64,000 nt of DNA from Burkholderiales bacterium. GTDB lineage: Bacteria > Pseudomonadota > Gammaproteobacteria > Burkholderiales > SG8-41. The DNA lies in NCBI GenBank assembly GCA_019751125.1, contig JAIENU010000017.1, forward strand, positions 21,472 to 85,471. The letters run 5' to 3'. This document shows positions 44,668 to 55,591 of this stretch, one piece after another (within the stretch, counting starts at the first letter, position 1; every line of letters starts with the position of its first letter). The translations under genes were made by a program, and so were the position numbers. The notes under the pieces are model-generated. The model was not told where the DNA came from. It saw only the letters and a list, made by a program, of their open reading frames with translations, and made no database searches.

Positions 44668-45876
44668 TCAGGCGGGCGCGGGTTCCGGCTCGTCAGGCAG
44701 CAGCAGCACGATGGCGGCTTTCAGCGCAGCGATTCCGGCCATGATCCACAGCGCGTTGGAGAAGCCGATGTTCTTCACCAGCGGTCCGAGTATCCACACC
44801 GCAAGCGAGCTGAAACCGAAGGCCACGGTGAGGCGCATGCCGGCGACGCGCGAACGCAGGCGGTCATCGACGTAACGCACGATCATCGCGTCGGTGAAGG
44901 GAATCGAACCGAAAACGAAGATCATCACCGCCAGCAGCGACACGAACAGCCACCAGTCCTGGGTATGCGCGGCCCAGATCAGCAGCGGCACCTGGGCCAC
45001 CGACATCCACAGTTGCAGCGGCTTGAAGGGCATGCGGTCGATCATCCGGCCGACAACAATCTGCGCCAGCGAAGCCACCGCATAGATCAAAGCGAGCAGG
45101 ATGCCGATCAGCGCCGGATCCTCGATCACGCCGGTGAAGCCCGCGGACAGCAGCTGCGCGTTGCCGTTGGTGGTGAAGTTGAACAGGATGGTACTCACCG
45201 CAGCGGCCGAGGTCATCACCATGAAGGCGCGCATCAGCATCTGCGGGCTCAGCGAGACCTGTGCCTTGCCGCCCTTGCGTTTGGCGGGGGCTTCGCTTTC
45301 CTTCGGGCAGGCGAGTGCGAACCAGATGCCGCAGGCGATCGAAATCAGTCCGGGGATCACGAAGGCTTCGCGCCAGCCCAGCCATTTGACGATGAATCCG
45401 GTGACCAGCGCCGCCACTGCAATGCCGAGGTTGCCGGCGAGTCCGTTGAGTCCGATCACCGCGCCGGGGTTGGATACACCCTGCACCAGCATCGGGATGC
45501 CGACCGGGTGGTAGATCGCGGCGAAGGCACCCATCAGCGTCAGCGCGCCGGCGAGTTGCCAGGCGTTCTGTGTCAGCGCAACAAGCATGGCCGAGACACC
45601 CATGCCGATGAAAAAGATGATCATCATCACCCGGCGGCCCCACAGGTCGCCGAGGCGGCCGGCAGGCATCGCGCCGAGGCCGAACAGCGCGAAGGCGCCG
45701 ACGCCATAGGGCATCAGTTCGGTCCAGTCGGCGAGGCCGAATTCGCTGGCGATTGACGCCACCGCAGTGGCGAAGATCAGCAGGAACATGTGGTCGATGC
45801 CGTGGCCGATGTTAAGCAGCAGCTTGACCACGGAGGAATGACCGTCAGGGACGGCGGGGGCGGTGGTGGTAGTCAT
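44668..45876 (-). CDS. MFS transporter
   Basis: 402 aa, 12 predicted TM helices, GRLGDLWGRR loop motif. Confidence 0.88.
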   Translation of the reverse strand: MTTTTAPAVPDGHSSVVKLLLNIGHGIDHMFLLIFATAVASIASEFGLADWTELMPYGVGAFALFGLGAMPAGRLGDLWGRRVMMIIFFIGMGVSAMLVALTQNAWQLAGALTLMGAFAAIYHPVGIPMLVQGVSNPGAVIGLNGLAGNLGIAVAALVTGFIVKWLGWREAFVIPGLISIACGIWFALACPKESEAPAKRKGGKAQVSLSPQMLMRAFMVMTSAAAVSTILFNFTTNGNAQLLSAGFTGVIEDPALIGILLALIYAVASLAQIVVGRMIDRMPFKPLQLWMSVAQVPLLIWAAHTQDWWLFVSLLAVMIFVFGSIPFTDAMIVRYVDDRLRSRVAGMRLTVAFGFSSLAVWILGPLVKNIGFSNALWIMAGIAALKAAIVLLLPDEPEPAPA

Positions 45877-45953
45877 GGCCGGATTGTGCCCGGGTTACAA
45901 TCGTCTGACTTTCGGCGTTTTACCGTGAATTTACTCAAAATGGACAAGCCCTG

Positions 45954-46802
45954 ATGCCCGCGCCGGTGCTTCCACGTTCCGCTGCGGGTCTGCGCCGCGA
46001 GCGCGCTTTTGCCGCGGCGCCGGAGCATCCGGTGCGCGGTGATACGGGCCGCGCGCTGGTGATGCTGCGCACCGCCTATCCCAAAGGCCACCACATCCAG
46101 CCGCACTGGCACGCCCGCGCGCAGTTTGCCTACGCGGTGTCGGGCACGATGCGTGTACGTACCGCGCGCCATGCCTGGATCGTGCCGCCTTCACGCGCGC
46201 TGTGGCTGCCCGCGCGTACGGTGCATGAAATCCAGATGTATGGGGTTGTGCAGATGCACAGCCTGTATGCCAATGCCGAGGCGGGTGCCGGCATGCCCGG
46301 GGACTGCGCCGTGCTCGAAGTGACGCCGCTGGCGCGTGAGTTGATCGTGCGTGCTGCGGCGCTGCCCGCCGATTACGATGACCGTGGCGACGACGGACTG
46401 CTGATGCGCCTGCTGATGGCGGAAATCCGCCGCCTGCCCGGCAGTGCGCTCGACCTGCCGCTGCCGGAGAGCGCCGACTTGATGCAGCTCTGCGAGCGCA
46501 TCCTCGCCGACCTTTCGACGCGGCGGCCGAGCATCGAGGACGCCGCCACGATGAACACCAGCACGCGCACGCTGTATCGCCGTTTCCTGCGTGAGACCGG
46601 CATCACATTCGCGCGCTGGAAACAGCAGGCGCGCCTGCTTGAATCGATCCGCCGCCTCGCCGAGGGCATGCCGGTGACGACGGTGGCGGTCGATCTGGGT
46701 TATGAAAGCCCCGGCGCTTTTTCGACGATGTTCCGTCGTGCGCTGGGTGTGGCGCCGCGTGCCTTTGCCGCGACCGGTGACTACTTCAGAAAGCGTTCGT
46801 AG
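45954..46802 (+). CDS. AraC family transcriptional regulator (cupin N-domain)
   Basis: The C-terminal region is a dual HTH ending YESPGAFSTMFRRALGVAPRAF. It is divergent from the MFS gene. Confidence 0.88.
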   Translation: MPAPVLPRSAAGLRRERAFAAAPEHPVRGDTGRALVMLRTAYPKGHHIQPHWHARAQFAYAVSGTMRVRTARHAWIVPPSRALWLPARTVHEIQMYGVVQMHSLYANAEAGAGMPGDCAVLEVTPLARELIVRAAALPADYDDRGDDGLLMRLLMAEIRRLPGSALDLPLPESADLMQLCERILADLSTRRPSIEDAATMNTSTRTLYRRFLRETGITFARWKQQARLLESIRRLAEGMPVTTVAVDLGYESPGAFSTMFRRALGVAPRAFAATGDYFRKRS

Positions 46803-47563
46803 AAGGCGGCGATCGCACGTGCCGAGTCGCGGGCGGTCGCTTCCAGCGCCGCACCTTCGCGCAGGTCGCGCCCGTATTCGAGCTGCATTGCGTCGATGCC
46901 GTCGCTGCGATGGCTGCCGTAGATCTCGACCGTGTGGCCGCCGATGTAGTTTTTCGCCTCGACAGGATCGGTGGGGGCGTTGTTGTTGCCGGGCACGATG
47001 TTGTAGCCCAGTGCGGCGAAACGCCCGAACACGCTGTCCGGCCCGTTGATCGCCGCCGCGCCCGCGCGGGCGAGCAGTGCCTGAGCCGTGCGGCCGTAAC
47101 GCGTGCCGCGCAGGATGGCGTTGCGATAGGCGATCTGGCCGTGTACATCGAACAGCATTGCGTGAGGGTATTTGCCGCGGATGTCGTCGATGTGGCCACG
47201 GACTGCCGCATGATAGGCGGCGTATGCCGCGGCGCAGCCGGGGTCGCCATAGGCCTCCTCGGGCCGGCGGTTGGCGTCGATGTATTTGCGGTGAAAACGC
47301 GCAATCACCAGGTACGGCGCGCGGCCGGTGATCTGCCTGAGTTCGGCAGCGATCAACCGTGCCAGACGGTCGGTGTGGGCGTCGGGACCGGTGACAAAGC
47401 GGGTGCCGACGGGGGTGCGTTCGTCGCAGCCGGGCAGGCTTTCGACGCCGCCATGTGGTGCGGTGAGGATCACCGGCAGTTCGCCGGCCGAGGTTTCAAC
47501 CGGAGCCGCGGCCTGCGCCGCCGCAGCTGCAGTGAACAGCAGGGCGGCGGCGAGACGCAGCAT
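46781..47563 (-). CDS. N-formylglutamate amidohydrolase-family protein with signal peptide
   Basis: MLRLAAALLFTAAAAAQA signal. TAPHGG ... RKYIDANR ... DVHGQ motifs of the FGase family. Confidence 0.7.
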   Translation of the reverse strand: MLRLAAALLFTAAAAAQAAAPVETSAGELPVILTAPHGGVESLPGCDERTPVGTRFVTGPDAHTDRLARLIAAELRQITGRAPYLVIARFHRKYIDANRRPEEAYGDPGCAAAYAAYHAAVRGHIDDIRGKYPHAMLFDVHGQIAYRNAILRGTRYGRTAQALLARAGAAAINGPDSVFGRFAALGYNIVPGNNNAPTDPVEAKNYIGGHTVEIYGSHRSDGIDAMQLEYGRDLREGAALEATARDSARAIAAFYERFLK

Positions 47564-47565
47564 GG

Positions 47566-48552
47566 TCAGCGGGTTTCCCTGGCGCCGGAGATACGCACCA
47601 GTTCATTGATGCGCTTGAGTTCTTCCTTGCGCCAGGCATCGAGTCCGGCGCGGTCGCCGGCCATCACGTCGATGCCCATGCTGCGGAACTTGTCCATCAG
47701 CGCCGGCTCGCGCACCACCTTGGTCACCTCGGTGCTGACCACGTTCATCACCGCGGCCGGGGTTTTGGTCTGCACCACCAGGCTGTACCAGGCATTCATC
47801 GCGTAGCCGGGCACCACCTCGCCGATCGCCGGCACGTCGGGGATCAGTGCCGCGCGCTTGGCGGTGGTGACACCGAGCGCACGCAGCCGGCCGCCGGTGA
47901 TGTGCGGCAGCGCCGCGGGCAGCACGGCGTAGGTGGCCTGCACCTCGTTGGCGAGGGTGTCGGCGATCGACTGCGGCACGCCCTTGTACGGCACGTGCAG
48001 CATGTTGGTGCCGGTCAGGTGGTTGAGCAGCACGCCGGAGAGGTGTTCCGAGGCGCCGGTGCCGGCGGAACCGTAGCGCAGCTTGCCGGGCTGCTTGCGC
48101 GCGAGTTCGATCAGTTCCTTCAGCGATTTCGCCGGCAGCTGGTTGTTCACCAGCAGCACGAAGGGCGTGGTGCCGATCAGTGCCAGCGACTGGAAATCAC
48201 GCTGCAGGTCGAACTTGATGTCGGCGAGCACCTGAGAGGCGACGAAGAGCTGCGAGGTCAGCATCATCCAGGTGTAGCCGTCGGGTGCCGAAGCCAGCGC
48301 CAGCTCCGCACTGATCGCACCGGCCGCACCGGGGCGGGCGTCCACGACGACGCGCTGTTTCCAGGTCTCGTAGAGGCGGTCGGCGAGCGTGCGGCTGATG
48401 ATGTCGGGGCCCGAGCCGGGGGCGCTGCCGATGATCAGGCGGATCGGTTTTTCAGGGAATTTGCCTTCAGCCGCTTGTGCCGGTGCGGTGGGCAGCGTTA
48501 ATGCGGCGACCAGGGCGGCTGCCATCGAAAAAAAGGGTTTTTGGCTCGACAT
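47566..48552 (-). CDS. Bug family (TctC-like) substrate-binding protein
   Basis: Signal peptide, then FPEKPIRLIIGSAPGSGPD. Confidence 0.9.
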   Translation of the reverse strand: MSSQKPFFSMAAALVAALTLPTAPAQAAEGKFPEKPIRLIIGSAPGSGPDIISRTLADRLYETWKQRVVVDARPGAAGAISAELALASAPDGYTWMMLTSQLFVASQVLADIKFDLQRDFQSLALIGTTPFVLLVNNQLPAKSLKELIELARKQPGKLRYGSAGTGASEHLSGVLLNHLTGTNMLHVPYKGVPQSIADTLANEVQATYAVLPAALPHITGGRLRALGVTTAKRAALIPDVPAIGEVVPGYAMNAWYSLVVQTKTPAAVMNVVSTEVTKVVREPALMDKFRSMGIDVMAGDRAGLDAWRKEELKRINELVRISGARETR

Positions 48553-48641
48553 GAAATCTCCTCTCGGTTTTGTTTGTGTAATTGAAGCTGAATCCGGTTG
48601 CTGGTCTTTGTATCGGATGCCTGGAAGCGGCGGCTCGCGGT

Positions 48642-49943
48642 TCAGGTGGCAGGGCCGTGCAAAAGGTGCTCGCGATCTTTAGAAAACATGTGCCGGGCCA
48701 CGGCTTCGTTGACCAGGAATTCGATCAGCGGACGCCGCGCCTCCCCGGCTGCGAGCGAACCCCCGGCTTCACGCAGCTCGTCAGCCTTGCGCAGCAGCCC
48801 GGTGTGGATCCGGCGGTGTTCATCGAGCTGCGGGTGACGGTTTGTCTCGAGCAGTTGTTCCTCGGCGGCAAAATGTCCGCGCAGGGCCTGCAGCAGGGTG
48901 CTCACCGCTGCGTCAAAGACCGCCGGCGGTGCCGATTCGGCGGTGTTCAGGGTGTTGGCGAGTGCAATCAGGTGGCGGTGTTCCGCATCAATCTGGGCAT
49001 GGCCGCTGCCGTTGCTGTCGCGCCACACCAGGCTCATCACCGGCGCCGGATCAACAGCCCAGCTGTCGGAGTTGCCGCGCGGATCAGTGACCACGCGGTT
49101 GCGTCCGCCGTTCTTGGCGACAAACAACGCGGCATCGAGCCGTGAGAACCAGGACTGGACGTCTTCCCTGATGTTGTGTTCCGCCACGCCGATACTGGCG
49201 GTTACCGGAGCCCCATGTGGAAACAGGTGGCCGGCAATCAACTCGCGCAGGTGTTCGGCCAGGATGTGCGCATCGCGGTAACGCGTTGAAACCGCGAGCA
49301 CGACAAATTCCTCGCCACCCCAGCGGAAAAGCAGGTCGGCGCTGCGTATCTTGCGCTGGATCAGTTCCACCACTTCGCACAGCACTGCATCCCCGGTCTG
49401 GTGTCCACTGCGGTCGTTGATCTGCTTGAAATGGTCGACGTCAATCAGCAGAGCCGACAAGGGTTGCCTGAAGCGCAGGCTGCGCGAAAGTTCCGACTCG
49501 AGCACGCGGTTCAGGTGGGCGCGGTTCCAGGCGCCGGTGAGGTGGTCGGTGGCGCTGGCTTTCTCGAGCTCGCTGATGCGTCTGCGCAGGTGGTCAAGCT
49601 CGGGATCACGGGCCGCCGCGATATCGTCTGCCAGCATGATCAGGGTGCCGGCGGCGAGGTTGGTTGACTGTGCGTGGATCTCGGCGGTGTCGCCGCTGCG
49701 GCTGCGCAGGCTGACGGTGCGCCAGCCGCGTCCCGGGGTTTCAAGCAGCTGGCGCAGCGTCCCGGTCTCGAAGTCGGCCGGTTCGAAGCAGGCGCTGTAG
49801 TGGTCGTTGACGCGCACCGTGCCGTCGTTGCCGTGCAGTGCCAATGCCAGTGGAAAGCGCGCGAACAGCTCGCGGTCTTCAGTTACTGGCAGGCGCCGGA
49901 TGCCCGGCTCGGTGCCGGTGGCCGATTTCGAGGTCGGGGTCAT
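48642..49943 (-). CDS. diguanylate cyclase (GGDEF) with C-terminal hemerythrin-like domain
   Basis: GGEEF active site with RxxD upstream. The C-terminus (HAQIDAEHRHLI ... HFAAEE ... HRRIH) has hemerythrin His/Glu ligand spacing. Start set at MTPTSKS (49943) to avoid overlap with the thiolase gene. Confidence 0.85.
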   Translation of the reverse strand: MTPTSKSATGTEPGIRRLPVTEDRELFARFPLALALHGNDGTVRVNDHYSACFEPADFETGTLRQLLETPGRGWRTVSLRSRSGDTAEIHAQSTNLAAGTLIMLADDIAAARDPELDHLRRRISELEKASATDHLTGAWNRAHLNRVLESELSRSLRFRQPLSALLIDVDHFKQINDRSGHQTGDAVLCEVVELIQRKIRSADLLFRWGGEEFVVLAVSTRYRDAHILAEHLRELIAGHLFPHGAPVTASIGVAEHNIREDVQSWFSRLDAALFVAKNGGRNRVVTDPRGNSDSWAVDPAPVMSLVWRDSNGSGHAQIDAEHRHLIALANTLNTAESAPPAVFDAAVSTLLQALRGHFAAEEQLLETNRHPQLDEHRRIHTGLLRKADELREAGGSLAAGEARRPLIEFLVNEAVARHMFSKDREHLLHGPAT

Positions 49944-50013
49944 TGCTGAGGTGTTCGGCGGCAGTGCCCGGGGCCAGCGGCCCCGGGCACTGCCTGCGCC
50001 ATCAGCTTGGTGA

Positions 50014-51204
<1,191 letters not shown>

Positions 51205-51220
51205 CACTGTCTCCGTTATG

Positions 51221-51254
51221 TAACCGATTGATATTAAAGGATATTTTTATTGAC
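51221..51254 (+). repeat. AT-rich intergenic repeat, copy H (variant with internal insertion)
   Basis: taaccgattgatattaaaggatatttttattgac. Confidence 0.5.
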
Positions 51255-51322
51255 CCAGGGTGTGGGTTCAGAACACCTGAAAGTTTACGCCCGCCGCCCC
51301 GGCATCGGCAAACAATGGTTCT

Positions 51323-52192
51323 TCAATGGCGTGTGCGGCCTGCGGCACCGGTGCTGTGGCTGGCGAAAATCTGTTCGCTGTCCACTGCATCGAAGGCGTA
51401 GCGGCGGTTGCAGAATTCGCAGTGCACTTCAACTTCACCGCGCTCGGCAATGACCCCGCGCACTTCGTCGTGGCCGAGCATGCGCAGCATGTCGATCACC
51501 CGCTCGCGCGTGCAAGAGCAGCGGAACGAAACCGGCTTGGCGTCAAAGAGGCGCAGGTCTTCCTCGTGGAACAGGCGATGCAGCAACGGTAGCGCATCGA
51601 GATGCAGCAGTTCATGCGCGGTGACAGTGGCAGCAAGATGCCCGGCGCGCGGCCAGGCGTCGGGATCGTTGCCCGCCTGATCGGGCAGTTTCTGCAGCAG
51701 CAGCCCGGCAGCGTGATGTTGGTCGCTGGCGAGCCACAAGCGTGTCGGAATCTGTTCCGAGGTGGCCATATAGTGCTCCAGCGCGGCGGCGACAGTGTCA
51801 CCTTCAAGACCGACTACACCCTGGTAGCCTTGTTGTCCCGAGGCCGGCATCAGGTTGACCACAAACCGGCCTTTGCCGAGCAGCGCACGCAGGCCGCCGT
51901 CAGGGATTTCGCCCTGCCATTTTGCCGTGGCACGCATGGTGTGATCGCGCGTGCACTCGACCACGATCAGTTTCACCGGGCCGTCCCCCTGCAGTTGCAG
52001 GGCCAGCAGGCCGTCGAATTTCAGCGTTGCCGCCAGCAGCGCCCCAGCGGCCATCAGCTCGCCGAGCAGCGTGCGCAGCGGTGGCGGATAGTCATGGCGT
52101 TCGAGCACGGCCTGCCAGGTCGCGGTGAGGCGTACACACTCGCCGCGCACGGGAGTGTCTTCAAGCACAAAACGCTGCAGGCTGTCGCTCAT
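51323..52192 (-). CDS. hslO: Hsp33 family redox-regulated chaperone
   Basis: MSDSLQRFVLEDTPVRGE ... C-terminal zinc centre CSCTRERV ... HCEFCNRRY. Only the last 289 codons of the 737-aa track ORF are real. Confidence 0.9.
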   Translation of the reverse strand: MSDSLQRFVLEDTPVRGECVRLTATWQAVLERHDYPPPLRTLLGELMAAGALLAATLKFDGLLALQLQGDGPVKLIVVECTRDHTMRATAKWQGEIPDGGLRALLGKGRFVVNLMPASGQQGYQGVVGLEGDTVAAALEHYMATSEQIPTRLWLASDQHHAAGLLLQKLPDQAGNDPDAWPRAGHLAATVTAHELLHLDALPLLHRLFHEEDLRLFDAKPVSFRCSCTRERVIDMLRMLGHDEVRGVIAERGEVEVHCEFCNRRYAFDAVDSEQIFASHSTGAAGRTRH

Positions 52193-53835
52193 CGTGCCTG
52201 GGCCGTGCGCTGGTAGAGGCGGAAGCGCTCGTCCTTGTCGCCGGGGCGGTGGCCTTCCCAGATTTGTTTCCATTCGGTGCCGATCACCAGTTCGTCGAGT
52301 GGCCGACCCTGCACCAGCAGCAGATCGCAGCTGGCGGCACGTGCACTGGTTTCGAAGCGCTCGGTGCGCAGCCCGGCGAAGTACTGCAGCATCGCGCGTT
52401 GCGCCTCGCCGAGGTCGCGGCTGGCCAGGCAGCGCTGCTGAGCGGGCAGCGCGCGGCCGAGGTCGGCGACCATCGAGCGGTAGCTTTTGCTGACGTCGAC
52501 CCAGCCGATGAACAGCGTGGCGAGCAGCGCCCATACCGCGGTGATGCCGGCGGTCCACACCACCAGTGGACGTTCGACACTGCGCTTCAGGCGCGCGAGC
52601 AGCACGAACCAGCCGACGGTGTAGGCCAGTCCGAGCAGGAAGGGCAGCAGGCGGAAGCCGAAGTCGTAACCGGGGCGGATGGTGTGCAGGTGGCCGTGCA
52701 GCTTTGCCGGCAGCCCCAGTTCCAGCGCGCTCCAGTAGAACCAGCCGATGGCGATGAAAAAAGTGAAGGTCATGATGCTGAACCAGTACCAGCCGTTCAC
52801 CGCGCCGCGGCGCAGCGCATCGACGCCGGGCACCGCGAGCAGCGCCAGCGGCAGCAGCATCGGCAGGCCGTAGAGTTCGCGGGTTTCGGCGGCGCCGCCG
52901 AGCATCAGCAGCGTCACCACAAATCCCGTCAGCGGCAGCACCATGCCCGGATCGGCGAGCCGGGTGCTGCGATACGCGCGCCACAGTGCCCAGGCCGCGA
53001 GCGGCCACGCCGGAAAGGCGTACCAGGGGAGGATGCGCAGGTAGTAGCCGAGGCCGGACAGGAGGTTGGGGGTGGCAAAAAAGCGCGCCAGGTTTTCCGC
53101 GTTGAGCCAGGCCGCATACAGCGCCGGGTCGCGCTGGTGCAGCAGTGCCGGCCAGATCACCAGCCAGGGCAGTGCTGCGACCACGGCGGTGATCAGTGCC
53201 GCGGCATAACGCGGCGTGCGCCAGTGCGGGGATAGCGGCAGCAGCAGTGCGATCAACGCGATCATCACCGCTTCGGGTATGCCCAGGGTCATGAAGCCGA
53301 TGCCGCAGCCGGTGCCGATCCAGAATCCGCCGGGCGCGGCGCGGCGCAGTGCAAGCGCGGCACCGTAGTAGGCCATCGCAAAACCGCAGAATGCAGCAAC
53401 GTCGGTGATCAACTGGTGGCCACGTACCACCAGGCCGAGGCAGCCGAGCAGCAGCAGCGCCACCGTAAGGCCGTGGCGCGGCCCGTGCAGCTCGCGCGAG
53501 GCGAGTGCGGCAAACAGGAAGGCAAGGCCGATCCACAGGCCGGCGGCAATACGCGCCGCGTCATGCAGCGGCAGCAGCCAGGACAGGGCCAGCGCGCTGG
53601 CCGCGGCGGTGAGGTGAAACAGCGGCGGTTTGTCGAGGAAGGGTTCGCCGGCGATCTGCGGAATCACCCAGCTGCCGCCGCGCAGGATTTCGTGCACCAC
53701 GCCAAAGGTATAGGCCTCGTCCGGTTTCCACGGGTCGTGGCCGATCAGACCGGGCAGCAGCCAGGCAGCGGCGAGCAGCGCGATCAGCAGCGGGCGCATG
53801 GGCAGGCGCGTGGTGGTGTTCAAGACGGCATTCAA
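52189..53835 (-). CDS. ArnT/PMT-like (GT39/GT83-type) membrane glycosyltransferase
   Basis: 548 aa, polytopic. N-terminal DPWKPDEAYTFGVV ... FLDKPPLFH motif, as in undecaprenyl/dolichyl-phosphate-sugar transferases. Confidence 0.8.
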   Translation of the reverse strand: MNAVLNTTTRLPMRPLLIALLAAAWLLPGLIGHDPWKPDEAYTFGVVHEILRGGSWVIPQIAGEPFLDKPPLFHLTAAASALALSWLLPLHDAARIAAGLWIGLAFLFAALASRELHGPRHGLTVALLLLGCLGLVVRGHQLITDVAAFCGFAMAYYGAALALRRAAPGGFWIGTGCGIGFMTLGIPEAVMIALIALLLPLSPHWRTPRYAAALITAVVAALPWLVIWPALLHQRDPALYAAWLNAENLARFFATPNLLSGLGYYLRILPWYAFPAWPLAAWALWRAYRSTRLADPGMVLPLTGFVVTLLMLGGAAETRELYGLPMLLPLALLAVPGVDALRRGAVNGWYWFSIMTFTFFIAIGWFYWSALELGLPAKLHGHLHTIRPGYDFGFRLLPFLLGLAYTVGWFVLLARLKRSVERPLVVWTAGITAVWALLATLFIGWVDVSKSYRSMVADLGRALPAQQRCLASRDLGEAQRAMLQYFAGLRTERFETSARAASCDLLLVQGRPLDELVIGTEWKQIWEGHRPGDKDERFRLYQRTAQAR

Positions 53836-53908
53836 GTCAGGTGGGCTTTGAATATTATTTGGGTTCGTGGCGGTGAGGCGCGGCGATTATCGCACCCGCC
53901 GCAGCAGC

Positions 53909-55360
53909 TTATTCGATGATTTTCAGCGCCTGGCCTGCAACAGGTTCACCCTGCGGGTAGAGCCCGTTGATCAGTCGCAGCTGGCCTTCGGCATGGCGGC
54001 CCAGCGGCGAGTTTTGGGCGAGTTCGGCAAAGGTGATCCCGGCGCGCGCGGTGATGATGCGCATGCGCAGCGGTTTGGCCTGTTCGCGCTCCTCTGCGGT
54101 CAGGGCATGGAAGCTGCGCATCGACGCATCCATTGCGGCGATGTGCTGGCGGAAGGCGCCGTCGTTGGCGGCCTGCACGCCGATGGCATAGGCCTGCTTG
54201 CCGAGGAATACCACGGCCACGCGCGAGGGTTTGCCGGACAACGGCAGCTCGGTGATGGCCGCGGGCAGGCCGCCGATGTTTGTCGGAGTCACCGGCTGGC
54301 CCGCACCCAGCTTGAGCAGGCGGCGCAGCACATCGGCGGGCATGCCTTCGGCGGCGCCGGCGCTGCGCAAATCGACCAGAGCGTTGCGGTCGGGGCTGGT
54401 GGCGGCGACGTTCTGCGTGCTGTTGCGGATGCGCCAGCCTTCGGGAAAACGCAGTGCGAGCCCCAGTTTCGAATGGAAGAACTGCTGCTTGCGCACGATG
54501 CCCTGTTCCGGACTGTCGGCAAATACCAGCTGGTCCATGCGCTTGAGGAAGGATTCGCGGTCTGTGCGTTTTTCACTGTTGCTGAAACGTGCCGCTTCGC
54601 GCACCACCTCCTGCAGCCGGGTGTCGTTGTCGGGGTGGGATGCGAACAGGCCGTGATAGCGCCGCGGTTCGCGGCCTTCGGCCTTGGCGAGTTCGGCGTC
54701 GAACAGTTCCTGGTTTTTCAGCACACCGACCACCTTGATCATCGCCTGCGGGTCGTAGCCGGTGCGCGCCAGGTATTCAGCGCCCAGGCGATCTGCCTCG
54801 AGTTCGTGCTCGCGGCCATAGCCTGAAAGCAGCGCGCCACCCACGGTATTGACCAACAGGTCACCCGCGGAACTGCGCACTTGCGGCACGATGATCTGCA
54901 GGATCGAGGCCCCGATGTTGGCTGCCGTTGTCGCCGACATCTGCTGCACCGAATGCCGCGCCGTGACATGGCCGAGCTCGTGGCCGAGCACGGCGGCAAG
55001 CTCCGCCTCCGAATTAAGGTAGGCCAGGATGCCGCGGGTGATGTAGATATACCCGCCGGGCAGTGCGAAGGCGTTGACCTCGGGCGAATCCACCACCAGA
55101 AAGTGATATTGCAGGCTGGGGCGATGGCTGGCCTGGGCGAGGCGCTGGCCGATGGCGCTGACATAGTTCTGCAGTTCGATGTCGTCGTAGCTGCTGTACT
55201 GCTGGCGCACGCGGCGGTCCTCGCTGCGTCCCGTACTGACCTCCTGGGCTTCGGACATGGTCACGAAGTTGGGGTTGCCGGTGACCGGATTGACGGCGCA
55301 GTTGGCCAGTGACAATGCGGCGAGCAGGGCGGTAAGGCGTGTTTTCGGACCGGGGTTCAT
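53909..55360 (-). CDS. M48 family metalloprotease lipoprotein
   Basis: Lipobox LSLANC and zinc motif HELGHVTARH. Confidence 0.85.
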   Translation of the reverse strand: MNPGPKTRLTALLAALSLANCAVNPVTGNPNFVTMSEAQEVSTGRSEDRRVRQQYSSYDDIELQNYVSAIGQRLAQASHRPSLQYHFLVVDSPEVNAFALPGGYIYITRGILAYLNSEAELAAVLGHELGHVTARHSVQQMSATTAANIGASILQIIVPQVRSSAGDLLVNTVGGALLSGYGREHELEADRLGAEYLARTGYDPQAMIKVVGVLKNQELFDAELAKAEGREPRRYHGLFASHPDNDTRLQEVVREAARFSNSEKRTDRESFLKRMDQLVFADSPEQGIVRKQQFFHSKLGLALRFPEGWRIRNSTQNVAATSPDRNALVDLRSAGAAEGMPADVLRRLLKLGAGQPVTPTNIGGLPAAITELPLSGKPSRVAVVFLGKQAYAIGVQAANDGAFRQHIAAMDASMRSFHALTAEEREQAKPLRMRIITARAGITFAELAQNSPLGRHAEGQLRLINGLYPQGEPVAGQALKIIE

Positions 55361-55591
55361 GGCGTTGGGGCAGCGGAGGGGATTTTAGGGGAAGGCAGCG
55401 AAAGTCCCTATAACGCGCCATCACATGGTGCGTTACGCCCCATTTGGGGGCATCCGCTACCGGGCGAAGTGGTGTGCTGAACCGATTTCGTGCGACGCGA
55501 TGGTTCCGTGCACGATCACCGCGCTAAAAACCGTTGCTAATCAGCAGGCTAGCTGCGGAACCGAGATGGGGGTTCGGAATCGGTGACGCAC

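Noticed and set aside
51323-53536. The 737-aa ORF read as a single large protein.
   Set aside because: Only the C-terminal 289 codons (from MSDSLQRF, ATG at 52192) are Hsp33. The upstream part is Arg/Pro/Ala-rich and overlaps, in another frame, the well-supported GT39-like membrane protein gene 52189..53835.
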